In this document: piece by piece, positions 28,729 through 38,728 of the stretch
Position numbering within the stretch: position 1 is the stretch's first letter
How the letters are laid out: each line of letters opens with the position of its first letter
NCBI GenBank assembly: GCA_016187745.1
Contig: JACPJC010000005.1
Span: 214,668-278,667, forward strand
Source: Candidatus Iainarchaeum sp.
GTDB lineage: Archaea > Iainarchaeota > Iainarchaeia > Iainarchaeales > JAXPJC01
Direction of reading: 5' to 3'
DNA length: 64,000 bases
Program-made: the position numbers and the translations under genes
Notes under the pieces: generated by a model
The model's input: the letters and a program-made list of their open reading frames with translations, nothing else
Told to the model about the DNA's origin: nothing
The model's database searches: none

Positions 28729-29343
28729 ATGGGTGTTTTTGGAATAGAATATGGGGAGATAGCAAAACTTTTAATTGGTGGGCAACTTACGTTTAAAGAA
28801 GGAAAAATAGAGCTACTTGGAGAAGGCGTTACTTTTGTTCCACTTACAGACCACATCGCAGAAATAAAATATTATGAAAATATGAATGCGGAGAATGGAA
28901 TATATATTGGAGCCAAATATACTGGTCTTACTTGGAATGAAAAAATGTTAACTAAATATAAAACAAAAACACCTAGGGAGATTTTTGAGTGGGGAAATAA
29001 AGTTATGAATCTTGCAGGCTACGGTGAATTCAAAGTTTATAAAGAAAATAAAGATAGGACTGAATGGATCTGGAGAATTTATAATAGCCAAATAGCTGAA
29101 GCATACCTCAAGAAGTATGGAAAAGCAAAATGGCCAGTTTGCCACAGGGTTAGGGGCTACTTCGCCGGAGCAGCAAGCTTTGTAGCTAGAGTTGACTTGG
29201 ATGCTGTGGAAGTAAAATGCAAAGCAAAAGGGGACTCATATTGTGAATTTGTCATTAAAAAAAATAAAAAATTTAATATAGCAACTACATTAGTAAAAAA
29301 ACAACTTAAAGATATAGGTCAGGAGTCATATGCAAGAGAATAA
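28729..29343 (+). CDS. V4R-domain protein
   Basis: AGYG, PVCH..RGYFAG, EVKCKAKGDSYCEF. Confidence 0.88.
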   Translation: MGVFGIEYGEIAKLLIGGQLTFKEGKIELLGEGVTFVPLTDHIAEIKYYENMNAENGIYIGAKYTGLTWNEKMLTKYKTKTPREIFEWGNKVMNLAGYGEFKVYKENKDRTEWIWRIYNSQIAEAYLKKYGKAKWPVCHRVRGYFAGAASFVARVDLDAVEVKCKAKGDSYCEFVIKKNKKFNIATTLVKKQLKDIGQESYARE

Positions 29344-30322
29344 ACCAATTAAGCTAAATGCATTAAAAAATCATGAGTCAAACTGGAAAACATTAGAACA
29401 TACTGTTAAACTCTATAAAGAAGTTGGAAAACGCAACATATATCTCTTTGATTGGCTTCTTTATATGTGGGAAAATTTATATCTTTCTTGTGTTGATTTA
29501 AAATGCATTGACTCATTAAGCACCACTAAAACAAAGGTTGCTATTCTTGATACTCTTATTGATGATGTTGCAGATAGTACTAAAATAGAAGATGATTTTT
29601 TTTTAAATGAACTTTCTAAGTTTGCTTTTGAAAGAAAGTATATTGAATGGAATAAACTAAATCAATACCAAATAAAGTATATTAAAAATACCTTGGCTGT
29701 ATGGGATGACATTATTGAAACTATCAAGAAATACCCCCGATTTGAAGAATTTAAGAGAATTCTCGAATGGGATGTTAATCAAGTAATTAATTCAATGAAG
29801 TTTGCTCATTTAGTGAATACTGTCCCTAATCTCAATAACTTGGTTGAAAATAGAGCTTATGGACACCATAGTATGACAGTAATCATGTGTGGTACAATAG
29901 ATTTAATGTGTTCTCCCTCATTCGATATGCGAGATTTTTCTAAAATTAGAAAAGTTCTATATTATGCCCAACAGTTAGCTAGAATTGGAAATATGATTAA
30001 TACTTATCCAAGAGAAATAAATGAGGAGGATATCTCAAGTGAGATTCTCACAATGGCCATTGAAGATAAGATTATTGACTCAGAAAAATTAAAAAATAGT
30101 CTAAGGGATAAAAATAATGTTGTCTTAATTACTCAGTTAGTGAAAAAGTTTGATGAGTATTGGGATGATCTCTATTTTAAGATAAAAGAGGTAGGTAGAG
30201 ATATAAAGTCTATTGATATTAATGAGTTTTTGAGAGAAAGAAAATTCATTCAACAGAAATATGAGGAACGAGTAAAATATTGGTTGAAAGATTATGCCGA
30301 TAAACGATTCGTTGAATTTTAA
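29330..30322 (+). CDS. Class I terpene/isoprenoid-synthase-like protein
   Basis: DDxxD (LIDDVAD) and NSE/DTE-like RIGNMINTYPRE; all-helical pattern. Confidence 0.65.
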   Translation: MQENKPIKLNALKNHESNWKTLEHTVKLYKEVGKRNIYLFDWLLYMWENLYLSCVDLKCIDSLSTTKTKVAILDTLIDDVADSTKIEDDFFLNELSKFAFERKYIEWNKLNQYQIKYIKNTLAVWDDIIETIKKYPRFEEFKRILEWDVNQVINSMKFAHLVNTVPNLNNLVENRAYGHHSMTVIMCGTIDLMCSPSFDMRDFSKIRKVLYYAQQLARIGNMINTYPREINEEDISSEILTMAIEDKIIDSEKLKNSLRDKNNVVLITQLVKKFDEYWDDLYFKIKEVGRDIKSIDINEFLRERKFIQQKYEERVKYWLKDYADKRFVEF

Positions 30323-30347
30323 TGTTTTTTTAAGGTGCTGAAGACTA

Positions 30348-30560
30348 ATGGAAGACTCACATAAACGTTCTTTGGTTAAATCAATTACATATAGAGCAAG
30401 TGCAACATTAGCTTTAGCGATAATTTCTTGGTTTTATACAGGAAATCTTCTTGAGACATCGTTCATTACAATAATTTTTACTATAGTAGCGACTATAATT
30501 TACTACTTCCATGAGAGGGTTTGGGATAGAATTAAGTGGGAAAGACACATAAGAAAATAG
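30348..30560 (+). CDS. DUF2061 small membrane protein
   Basis: RSLVKSITYR...YYFHERVW. Confidence 0.85.
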   Translation: MEDSHKRSLVKSITYRASATLALAIISWFYTGNLLETSFITIIFTIVATIIYYFHERVWDRIKWERHIRK

Positions 30561-30599
30561 TTATTGGACAATCTCTTTGTAATTTAATTGTCATACCAT

Positions 30600-31454
30600 T
30601 TACCTGAAATATTTCATCAACTGTTTCTTCAAAAACTTTGCCATATCAGGATTTCTTGTTATTGTGAGGTCAAAATGCATCGGAGTTTTTAGTGTATTTC
30701 TGAAATATACCTCCCTGAAAAGGTCTGTAAGATTTTTGTTTCTGTTATACACTTCATCCAATATTTGTTTAGTTTCTGCAGAAGATACAACTTCAATTAT
30801 ACAATCTCCTTGAACATACAGCGAGTCATCGAATAGTTGTTCCTTTGTGCCTATTTTTACATTGCTTACACCTGCTCTTAGAAATTGTTTTTGAAGCCAT
30901 TTATCAAATGGGCTGGCCAATGAAACAATAGCGTAAGTCTTCTTACAGTTTCTGGCAACGCCTTGCAAAATCGCAAAATCTTTGAAATTGAATCTTAATG
31001 GCCAATACATGTGCCTGAACCAAGCAATTGCTGTTGGGTCACTATCTCCTGCTAAGATTCTATTTGCAAGCAACTCTGCTATAAAAACGGATAAAACGCT
31101 AAAGTCATTAAACTCCAATTTAATAGTCCCCTTGAAATTCGGATCAATGTCATAAATCATCCCTTCTTTGTTGTATAGTTTTTCCAAATTTGTAGAGAAT
31201 TTCTTTATATTTGAAATCCAATCCTTGTTCAACTCATATTTTGCTCCCGCCCTGTAAATAATTCTGTTTTCTTCAAGCTGTTTTAAACTTTTATGGATAG
31301 CCTGGTAAGAAACATTTAACGAGAGCTGCCTCTTGGTTCTGCCATAAATTTCCTTAGCGCTCAATGGCCACTCCTGGCTTAGTATGGAGATGATGGCGTC
31401 TTTGGTGGTATTTTGTTTGGTGTTCAATTGCGGAATTATGGGATTAACCGGCAT
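30600..31454 (-). CDS. wHTH-sensor regulator, paralog 5
   Basis: IPQL...KDAIISILSQEWPLSAKEI...SYQAIHK plus ~180-aa C-domain. Confidence 0.85.
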   Translation of the reverse strand: MPVNPIIPQLNTKQNTTKDAIISILSQEWPLSAKEIYGRTKRQLSLNVSYQAIHKSLKQLEENRIIYRAGAKYELNKDWISNIKKFSTNLEKLYNKEGMIYDIDPNFKGTIKLEFNDFSVLSVFIAELLANRILAGDSDPTAIAWFRHMYWPLRFNFKDFAILQGVARNCKKTYAIVSLASPFDKWLQKQFLRAGVSNVKIGTKEQLFDDSLYVQGDCIIEVVSSAETKQILDEVYNRNKNLTDLFREVYFRNTLKTPMHFDLTITRNPDMAKFLKKQLMKYFR

Positions 31455-31455
31455 C

Positions 31456-32316
31456 TTATTCACTCCTGAAATATTTCATCAATTGCCTTTTCAAAAATTT
31501 TGCCATTGAAGGGTCCCGTGTTATTGTAACCTCAAAATGCATTGGAGCCTTTAACGCGTCCCTGAAATACACTTCCCTGAAAAGATCTGTAATATTCTTG
31601 TTTCTGTTGTATATCTCATCCAATATCTGTTTAGTTCTTTGGGAGGCATTGAATTTTATCACGCTATCCCCGTGAACTATTAAATCATAATCAAATAGCT
31701 CTTCCCCAATCCCTATTTTTACACCTTTGAAACCGGCTTTCAAATACTGCTTCTGGACCCATTTATCAAACAAGCTGGCTGAAGAGGCAATAACATAGGC
31801 ATTTTTGCAGTTTTTGCCTATGCGTTGAAGAAGCTCGAAATCCTTAAAGTTAAATCTTAGCGGCCAATAGAGGTGCCTAAGCCAGCCAATTGCCATGGGG
31901 GCGCTATCTCCCACCAACGTATTGCTTGAGAGTATTTCCGCAAAAGTAACAATCATAACTGCATAATCATTAAACTGCCACTTAATTGTCCCCCTAAAGT
32001 TCCGGTCAATTTCATAAACCATCTCGTCTTTATTGTATAATTTCTCCAGGTTTGTAAAAGATTTCTTTGTGTTTGAGATCCAGCTTCTGTTCAGCTCATA
32101 TTCCCGCCCGACCTTGGAAATAATTCCCTCTTTTTCAAATTGCTTTATTGTTTTGTGGACGGCCTGATAGGAAACATTCAAGGAAAGCTGCCTTCGGGCC
32201 CTGTTGTGGATTTCTTTTGCGGATAGGGGCCATTCTTGGCTAAGAATTGAGACAATTGCATCTTTGGCAGTTTTTTGCTTGGGATTTAATTGCGGAATTA
32301 CAATATTGGTTGTCAT
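31456..32316 (-). CDS. wHTH-sensor regulator, paralog 4
   Basis: Same motifs; closest to paralog 5 (shared YWPLRFNFKDF). Confidence 0.85.
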   Translation of the reverse strand: MTTNIVIPQLNPKQKTAKDAIVSILSQEWPLSAKEIHNRARRQLSLNVSYQAVHKTIKQFEKEGIISKVGREYELNRSWISNTKKSFTNLEKLYNKDEMVYEIDRNFRGTIKWQFNDYAVMIVTFAEILSSNTLVGDSAPMAIGWLRHLYWPLRFNFKDFELLQRIGKNCKNAYVIASSASLFDKWVQKQYLKAGFKGVKIGIGEELFDYDLIVHGDSVIKFNASQRTKQILDEIYNRNKNITDLFREVYFRDALKAPMHFEVTITRDPSMAKFLKRQLMKYFRSE

Positions 32317-33173
32317 TTTTTATCGCCTTCAAAATACTTCAAATATTCCTCTCTTATCTGGTCAGCAAGAACCTGGTTCCTTGTTATGACCATGTTGATT
32401 ATCGGCTTTGCATCCCTCATTCTGTCCAGATGGGATGCCAGATTGAATTCAGTAATGGTTTTCGGCGATTTGTTCTGCAAATACCATGCGTGCCTGAAAT
32501 CAGGCGAATACCATATCTGCCCTACATAATCCCCTATAACTATCGTATCGCACAAGGGAGTAGCGCACTCAACCCCAAACATGATGTGCTTTGCCCCGAA
32601 ACCTTTCAAGCCATCTGCAAACATCCTGTCCAATAAATTATCTTCCTGCGAGAAGATATAGTATGGAGTTTTTGCAAAAACCTCTTTTAATTCCGCATAA
32701 TCCTCGTCTTTCAGGCCGACTATTGAGTAAATATTCCTCCATAAGCAGATATTCGGCTTGTTTTTTGGGTTTGGATACTGCATATATATTCCAATCAGGA
32801 ATCTTGCAAGCTCCAGAATTCCGATGAATGTGAGATTGGCAACATCCTTTTTGTGCAGGTCTTTAAGCTCATTAATCCCGATCTTGCCGGAATAATGCAG
32901 GTCCAGCGTGGCTGCGGAATGTTTGACTCTTTTGATCCAGTCCTTGTTCAGGGAATATTCATTCTCTTGCTTTTCCAATACTTTGTCATCCAGCAGCTGC
33001 AGAAGCAATTTGTGCACCGCCTGATAGCTGACATTCAGGCCATGCTCCCTAATAACTTTATTGTAAATCTTCTTTGCACTAAGCGGCCATTCCTGGCTTA
33101 AAATTGAGATAATTACGTCCTTGGTAGATTTATTCTTAGAAGCCAGCTGCGGAATTTGAATATCATCAATCAT
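32313..33173 (-). CDS. wHTH-sensor regulator, paralog 3
   Basis: Same motifs; ATGA overlaps on both sides. Confidence 0.85.
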   Translation of the reverse strand: MIDDIQIPQLASKNKSTKDVIISILSQEWPLSAKKIYNKVIREHGLNVSYQAVHKLLLQLLDDKVLEKQENEYSLNKDWIKRVKHSAATLDLHYSGKIGINELKDLHKKDVANLTFIGILELARFLIGIYMQYPNPKNKPNICLWRNIYSIVGLKDEDYAELKEVFAKTPYYIFSQEDNLLDRMFADGLKGFGAKHIMFGVECATPLCDTIVIGDYVGQIWYSPDFRHAWYLQNKSPKTITEFNLASHLDRMRDAKPIINMVITRNQVLADQIREEYLKYFEGDKK

Positions 33174-34021
33174 TTTCTCTCTCCCTTGAAATATTCCATT
33201 GTCTGTTCCCTGATTCTGTCTGCAACTTCCCGATTCTTTGAAACTATAACATTGAACTTATCACTATGCTCATATATGAGCATCAGCAGTTTGCTAAGTC
33301 TCAGTTTGTCTAAAATTCTAGCAATTTTGCAGTATCTAAGCCAGTCCTTTCTGAATTTTGGTGAGAAATAAATTAGCCCAACGTAATCTCCCTGGACCAT
33401 CGTGTCAGGATTAAAGGGAATATCAGCCCCCAATAGAACTTTTGCCCCAAGACCTGTGAAGTTTTCAGCAAATATCTTGTCCATTGTTGTCTGGTTGTGC
33501 CCCAACATATAGTATTGTGTTTGTGAAAGCCTTTGCCTTAATCTCCGGTATTCCGAATCGGAAAGGCTGATTGGGGGGTAGATGCTCCACCAATGACAAA
33601 TTCCTGGCTTCTTGTCAGGATTTGGATATGCAAAAAATACATCCAAGATGAATCTCGCCAGATCCATAGGGTCATTAAATGTGAAATTGAATACTTCCTG
33701 ATTTTCAGAATGTTTCATTGATGCAGGAATTTTAGTTATGTATGCCCTTTCTATGAATTCCCCGAAATTCTTAATGCTTCTAATCCAATCCAGGTTTAAC
33801 ATAAATCCTTTTTCAATCTTCTTTATTTGCCCTGCACTTTCCATCTCATTCAAAGTTTTATGAACTGCCTGATATGAAATCGCAATCGTACGCTTTCTAA
33901 GCAAGCGATTGCAAATCTCTTTGGCACTCAAAGGCCACTCTTCAGCCAAGATTGCAATAATTTGGTCTTTCGTTGATTTTGATTTAGAATTCAGCTGTGG
34001 GATTGAAATGTCCATAGCCAT
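33170..34021 (-). CDS. wHTH-sensor regulator, paralog 2
   Basis: EEWPLSAKEI...SYQAVHK; YPNPDKKP.IC.W shared with paralog 3. Confidence 0.85.
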   Translation of the reverse strand: MAMDISIPQLNSKSKSTKDQIIAILAEEWPLSAKEICNRLLRKRTIAISYQAVHKTLNEMESAGQIKKIEKGFMLNLDWIRSIKNFGEFIERAYITKIPASMKHSENQEVFNFTFNDPMDLARFILDVFFAYPNPDKKPGICHWWSIYPPISLSDSEYRRLRQRLSQTQYYMLGHNQTTMDKIFAENFTGLGAKVLLGADIPFNPDTMVQGDYVGLIYFSPKFRKDWLRYCKIARILDKLRLSKLLMLIYEHSDKFNVIVSKNREVADRIREQTMEYFKGERK

Positions 34022-34022
34022 T

Positions 34023-34865
34023 TTACTCCCCCTTCCTGAAATATGACAAGGTCTGCTTTTTCAGGAATTGCGCAAGCCCTTTGTTGCGGTTGATTACCAC
34101 AGGGATCCTGACCTTTTTCTCAAACACGTTCCTGAAAAACCCGTCAGCATCAATGTCATTTGCGCCTGATGCGCGCTCATAAACCTTGTCAATTTCGTAT
34201 TTTATTGCCTGGGGGTAAAAGACCTCTGCTACAATGTCCTTGTATATTACCATGTCAATAGTGGATGCTGAGTCAACACCGCACTTTGCATGAATTCCTT
34301 TCTTACGCCAAAAATTGCAGAACTGCCTGTCAATTGCGGTATTGCCCCTTGTTATGGAATATGTATTGCATGCAGCCAGGATTTCATTCATCTGCCTGTA
34401 TTCCTCCATAAACATAAAAAGCGGTATCCAGAAATGGGTCCAGTGCAGGCAAAGAACCTCTTTTTTGCCTGAGATTTCCTTCTTCCCAAATCCTATAAGG
34501 AATTTGTCCACATCATAAACCGAATTAAACATGAGATTCAATGGATTGGCGTTTGGATTCTGCGGCTCATTTAACGCATATGCTGTTTCCAGATGCTCGC
34601 TGAATTCCTTAATATTCTTTATCCATTCGTTGTCCAGCAGATATGCCATGCCCTGGCTTGCTATTATCCTGTGCGATTGAAGCGTATTGAGCGTCTTATG
34701 AACCGCCTGATAGGAAATGCCGATTGCCTGCTGCCTGCGGAGCTTGTTGTAAATCTGCTTGGCTGTAAGGGGCCACTCTTCGCTGAGTATTGAAATAATC
34801 GCGTCCTTCGTGGAGCCTGCTTTTGAACCGAATTGCGGCAGGATTGGGCTTGAGCCTGTAGGCAT
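34023..34865 (-). CDS. wHTH-sensor regulator, paralog 1
   Basis: EEWPLTAKQI...SYQAVHK; probable start MPTGSS. Confidence 0.85.
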   Translation of the reverse strand: MPTGSSPILPQFGSKAGSTKDAIISILSEEWPLTAKQIYNKLRRQQAIGISYQAVHKTLNTLQSHRIIASQGMAYLLDNEWIKNIKEFSEHLETAYALNEPQNPNANPLNLMFNSVYDVDKFLIGFGKKEISGKKEVLCLHWTHFWIPLFMFMEEYRQMNEILAACNTYSITRGNTAIDRQFCNFWRKKGIHAKCGVDSASTIDMVIYKDIVAEVFYPQAIKYEIDKVYERASGANDIDADGFFRNVFEKKVRIPVVINRNKGLAQFLKKQTLSYFRKGE

Positions 34866-34902
34866 AATAAGTAAATATAGTGGAGGGGAAGCTTTTTTAA
34901 AT

Positions 34903-34945
34903 TCAACCATTTAGTTGATTTCTGTTCAACCGCAGGTATATTAAT
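34903..34945 (+). promoter_or_regulatory. Palindromic operator plus TATA, copy 2 (divergent promoter region of the regulator array)
   Basis: TCAACCatttAGTTGAtttctgtTCAACCgcaggTATATTAAT. Confidence 0.8.
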
Positions 34946-35264
34946 CCTCAGAGCGGGAATTCTGAAAGATGAGTGCAATGTACGAAATGACAAGGCTTCT
35001 TTCAGCAAAAACTGCAAAGCGCAAAACTCTTGCAGACCTTGCAGTTGCTATCCTGGGCAGGGAATGGCCCCTTTCCTTAAATGCCATACACCAGAAAATA
35101 ACCAAAGGACATGGAAAAGCCGCATCAATCCAGGCAACCCATAAAAGCCTTGCAAGGCTTGTAAGGCAAAATGTTCTTCTGAAAAGTAAAAAACGCTACA
35201 GACTGAGCCCGAAATGGCTTGAGCAGGTAAATAATTTCAGCATGCAGACGAAAGAGGCTTATGC
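34905..35264 (+). repeat. ~360-bp direct repeat, copy 2
   Basis: Offset 16,730 bp from copy 1. Confidence 0.92.
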
Positions 35265-35283
35265 GTTGTCATGTAACAGCTAA
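34969..35283 (+). CDS. Stand-alone winged-helix protein, duplicate of 18239..18556
   Basis: Near-identical up to EAYA; different last 5-6 residues. Confidence 0.85.
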   Translation: MSAMYEMTRLLSAKTAKRKTLADLAVAILGREWPLSLNAIHQKITKGHGKAASIQATHKSLARLVRQNVLLKSKKRYRLSPKWLEQVNNFSMQTKEAYALSCNS

Positions 35284-35298
35284 ACACACATTGAGACT

Positions 35299-37920
35299 GT
35301 GATGAAAATGAATGAATTTTACCATGCTAGAAGACTTAAGATTCTTGAACTCATGAAACAAGAAAAGACACAACACCCCAACAAAAATTATCTTTCTATT
35401 CACAAACAGGTATGTAGTTATCCTGTTTTGTCAATCGTTGCTCCAGTCGTAGACAGCTATCAGGATAAAATAGAGTTTCCTGGCGACCCAATGTGCTTGT
35501 ACACTGCCCTCGCTTACCCAATCAAGCAAGTAGTGGACCACGTTGATAAAGTTTCAAAAGAGTTTGATCAATTTCCAGAGAGAAAAATTGGCTTCTACAA
35601 CGACCTTTTCCCACAATGGTTTCAACTTCCATCTAACGGCTACAGAAACTTTGCTTCCGAAGAACAAATATCAAAGTATGACTACAAAGACGGTGACTTT
35701 TTTAACACAGACCAACTAGTTTTTGATCCGCGAGCATGGACACCTGATACCAAAGATTGTCTAAATAGGCTGTTGAACTTTATAGATCCAAAAGTCGTAT
35801 TGATTAGTGGGGTTTCTTCGGCGCAAAAATTTGTAGTTGAAATTGCAAAGATCGTGAAAGACTATAATGATAAAATAATAATCATAGTGGGGGGACGGCA
35901 CGCAGATGAAACAATAAAAGAAAAAAATGGTGAAATTGTTTTTGAACAGGCTAGCATAGTAAGTGCTATTGCAGAAAAAAGAATACTGCCCGTAATTGAC
36001 ATTGTGTTATCTGGCGAGGGCTATTATGCGTTAGATTTTCTCATGAAAACAATATCCCAAAGTATGGATATTGAAAAAAAGATTGTTTTGGATTCAAAGA
36101 TTTTGCTTGAATCGCTTACAAAAAAAGAGCATTTGTTAGCAAAGGTTCTAGGAAAGGCAATCATCACCTGTCTTATCGGAGGAAAAATACGATTTTTTGT
36201 GACAAGTGGGAAAAAAACAAGATTGGAATACCCCTTTGTAATTAGAGCACGTTTTTCTGTATTCTCTGAAAAAGAGAATAAACCGCCAATAACCGCCCAC
36301 ATAAATACTTCACACACTTGCCTTTACAGTTGCTTATATTGTTCAGAAGGCAAAAATGTCGTCAATCGAAATGTGTATGCTAGCGAAAAAAGATACTTTA
36401 AAAAAACAATCAAAGACTATTTGGATTATGGGGCATTGGCATTCTTTTTTGATGATTCAGTCCTTTGCGGTGGGAACATTGCAAGAATTGGAATTTTGCT
36501 AGAAGCGCTTTCAGAATTAAGGGAAGAAGCGAAAAAGAAAATGAAAACATTCTCCTATTTGGATCCCTGTCTTGAGAAAGTGTACAGGACAGCAAATTTT
36601 GAATGGGGGGCTCAGCTAACATTTGATTCAATTACAACAGTCTTGCCAAAGGAAGAAGCGAGAAACATTCTGAAAAAAATGAATGAAACTGGTTGCAGAT
36701 ACTTGTATTTTGGCATTGAGAGCCTTGCTGAAAAAGTAATAAGAAATGTCCACAAGAACTTGCCCAACAAGGATGCTGATTGGCTGGAAAAAACAATAAA
36801 AGCGCTGGAACTAGTTAAAGAGGCAAATATCCGTGCAGGTGCTTCCGTTTTATTTGGGTTGCCTGGAGAAACAATGCAAACAATAGACTTCACCATCAAT
36901 GAGGTCGCAAAACTGGTGCGAAAAAACCTTCTTTTAATAGTCAGCCCAAACATCCTTTCATATCATCCAGGAACACTAATAACTGAAATGGATTCTGCGA
37001 AGGAGAAAATAGATTATTTTAACCAAATAGAGGATATCAGTCCACCCTATTCTTATTTTGAAGAAGCATTCAGATGCCTTGTTTCAATAAGGCTAACCGA
37101 GGAAATGATTTGGCACATTCATAATCAAACAAAATTAAAATGGAAAAAACACCGCAACATGAATTTAATGAAGATCCCCAGACTTCCGATGGATATCACA
37201 AAAGAAAGACTGGTGAGTTTTTATTCCACTATTGGAAATAGGCTTGTAGAACAAAAAAATTATCCCCCCGAAATCAATGAATTTCTTGAACTAGAAAAAA
37301 AGTTGTTTAAAGACTTGGTTAAAAAAGAAAACTGCAAAATTATTGTTGAAGTTGGTTGCATGGATACTGGGTTCATTCTTCAAGAAACCATAGAAGCTGG
37401 ACTTTCCTATATTGGAATAGATGTGGTTAAGGAATTGGTTGAAAAACTAAATACAACAATATCCAATTCTGCTTTTGATAAAGGCATAAACACAGCAATA
37501 GCCTATAATCAGGGGGTGGAAGAACTGTCGAAAATTATCAAAAAAAGTAAATTGACTGCTGGAGAAACATTAGCTGTCTTTCCATTCAACAGTTTTGGCA
37601 ATATCACAGACCCAGAAAAAGCAGTTAATGAAATATGCAAACTTGGAATGAACATGGCAGTATTTACCTACAAAACAGATCCTCAAACAACAAAAATCAG
37701 AAAAAAATATTATTTCAACTGCGACTACAAGAATACAAAAGAGTTAAAAGAAGATAAAGGGATATTATTTCAGTCGGAAGATGGTTTAATGTCTTACGCC
37801 TATAAGGAGTCATACATAAAAAAATTGTTGTCCAAAAGAGACTATGAATACAAATTAATCAAGTTTGGTGCAATTGGAGCCTTATATTTTTGCAAAAAAA
37901 GGAGGATGCCAAATGGATAA
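35299..37920 (+). CDS. B12-binding-like radical SAM protein fused to a class I methyltransferase-like domain
   Basis: IIVGGRH/DIVLSGEG, CLYSCLYC, FFFDD, YFGIES, LFGLPGET; C-terminal IVEVGC...YIGIDV. Confidence 0.85.
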   Translation: MMKMNEFYHARRLKILELMKQEKTQHPNKNYLSIHKQVCSYPVLSIVAPVVDSYQDKIEFPGDPMCLYTALAYPIKQVVDHVDKVSKEFDQFPERKIGFYNDLFPQWFQLPSNGYRNFASEEQISKYDYKDGDFFNTDQLVFDPRAWTPDTKDCLNRLLNFIDPKVVLISGVSSAQKFVVEIAKIVKDYNDKIIIIVGGRHADETIKEKNGEIVFEQASIVSAIAEKRILPVIDIVLSGEGYYALDFLMKTISQSMDIEKKIVLDSKILLESLTKKEHLLAKVLGKAIITCLIGGKIRFFVTSGKKTRLEYPFVIRARFSVFSEKENKPPITAHINTSHTCLYSCLYCSEGKNVVNRNVYASEKRYFKKTIKDYLDYGALAFFFDDSVLCGGNIARIGILLEALSELREEAKKKMKTFSYLDPCLEKVYRTANFEWGAQLTFDSITTVLPKEEARNILKKMNETGCRYLYFGIESLAEKVIRNVHKNLPNKDADWLEKTIKALELVKEANIRAGASVLFGLPGETMQTIDFTINEVAKLVRKNLLLIVSPNILSYHPGTLITEMDSAKEKIDYFNQIEDISPPYSYFEEAFRCLVSIRLTEEMIWHIHNQTKLKWKKHRNMNLMKIPRLPMDITKERLVSFYSTIGNRLVEQKNYPPEINEFLELEKKLFKDLVKKENCKIIVEVGCMDTGFILQETIEAGLSYIGIDVVKELVEKLNTTISNSAFDKGINTAIAYNQGVEELSKIIKKSKLTAGETLAVFPFNSFGNITDPEKAVNEICKLGMNMAVFTYKTDPQTTKIRKKYYFNCDYKNTKELKEDKGILFQSEDGLMSYAYKESYIKKLLSKRDYEYKLIKFGAIGALYFCKKRRMPNG

Positions 37921-38719
37921 CAGAATAAAAATAAATGTAAAAGAGAATTTTGAAGAAAGACTCTCCGGGCTGGAAATAGGTTACATATACTTCTATGGAG
38001 TGAATAATACTGCCAACAATCCAATCGTTGACGATGCAATAAGGACTGCTTGCAAAGAAGTAATCGAAAGATACAAAGACACAAACACTATTGCAGAAAA
38101 CCCCGCAATAAAAGGAATACGCTCACTGTTCTCAAAAATAGGGATTGACCCAACGAAAGAAAGACCGTCCGGAGAAGCACTCATCAGAAGAGTCACAAGT
38201 GGCAAAGGAATATACCGAATAAACCCGGTCGTAGACATAAACAATGTTGTATCTATTCTATCAGGCTATCCCTGCGGGGTCTATGATGCTGAAAAAATTG
38301 CCGGAAATGAGATTAAAGTTTCTATTGGCGGAAAAGGTTTAATCTTTGAGGGCATCGGAGGAAGACCGATAAATGGCGAAGGCAGAATTCTCACAGAGGA
38401 CAGCCATTCTGTTTTCGGTGGGCCAGTAGCAGACTCAAAAAGAACCTCCATCACACCACGAACAACAAAAGTACTAATGCTAATATACCACCCAAGCAAC
38501 GCACCAAAAGAACTACTCAAAAAAGCAATTGAACTAGCACAAACTAAAATGGCTTCCGCCGTTAAGGCCAATATAGCTTATGCAGATGTCTGCCGCATAG
38601 GCCAAAACCCCCATTCCCAAACACCACTACCTAACATAAAGCGGTTTATGGAGAAAGAAAGAACCCTTAAAAAAAATTATTTCAACATAAGCAGAAAAAG
38701 ACCAAAACCACTTATTTAG
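37913..38719 (+). CDS. Stand-alone B3/4 (PheRS-beta-like editing) domain protein
   Basis: GIDPTKERPSGEALIRR, INPVVDINN, GVYD, DSKRT; basic C-terminal tail. Confidence 0.88.
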   Translation: MDNRIKINVKENFEERLSGLEIGYIYFYGVNNTANNPIVDDAIRTACKEVIERYKDTNTIAENPAIKGIRSLFSKIGIDPTKERPSGEALIRRVTSGKGIYRINPVVDINNVVSILSGYPCGVYDAEKIAGNEIKVSIGGKGLIFEGIGGRPINGEGRILTEDSHSVFGGPVADSKRTSITPRTTKVLMLIYHPSNAPKELLKKAIELAQTKMASAVKANIAYADVCRIGQNPHSQTPLPNIKRFMEKERTLKKNYFNISRKRPKPLI

Positions 38720-38728
38720 AGGGATTAA

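Noticed and set aside
30600-35283. Diversity-generating retroelement acting on the paralogs
   Set aside because: No reverse transcriptase, and differences between repeats are not adenine-specific
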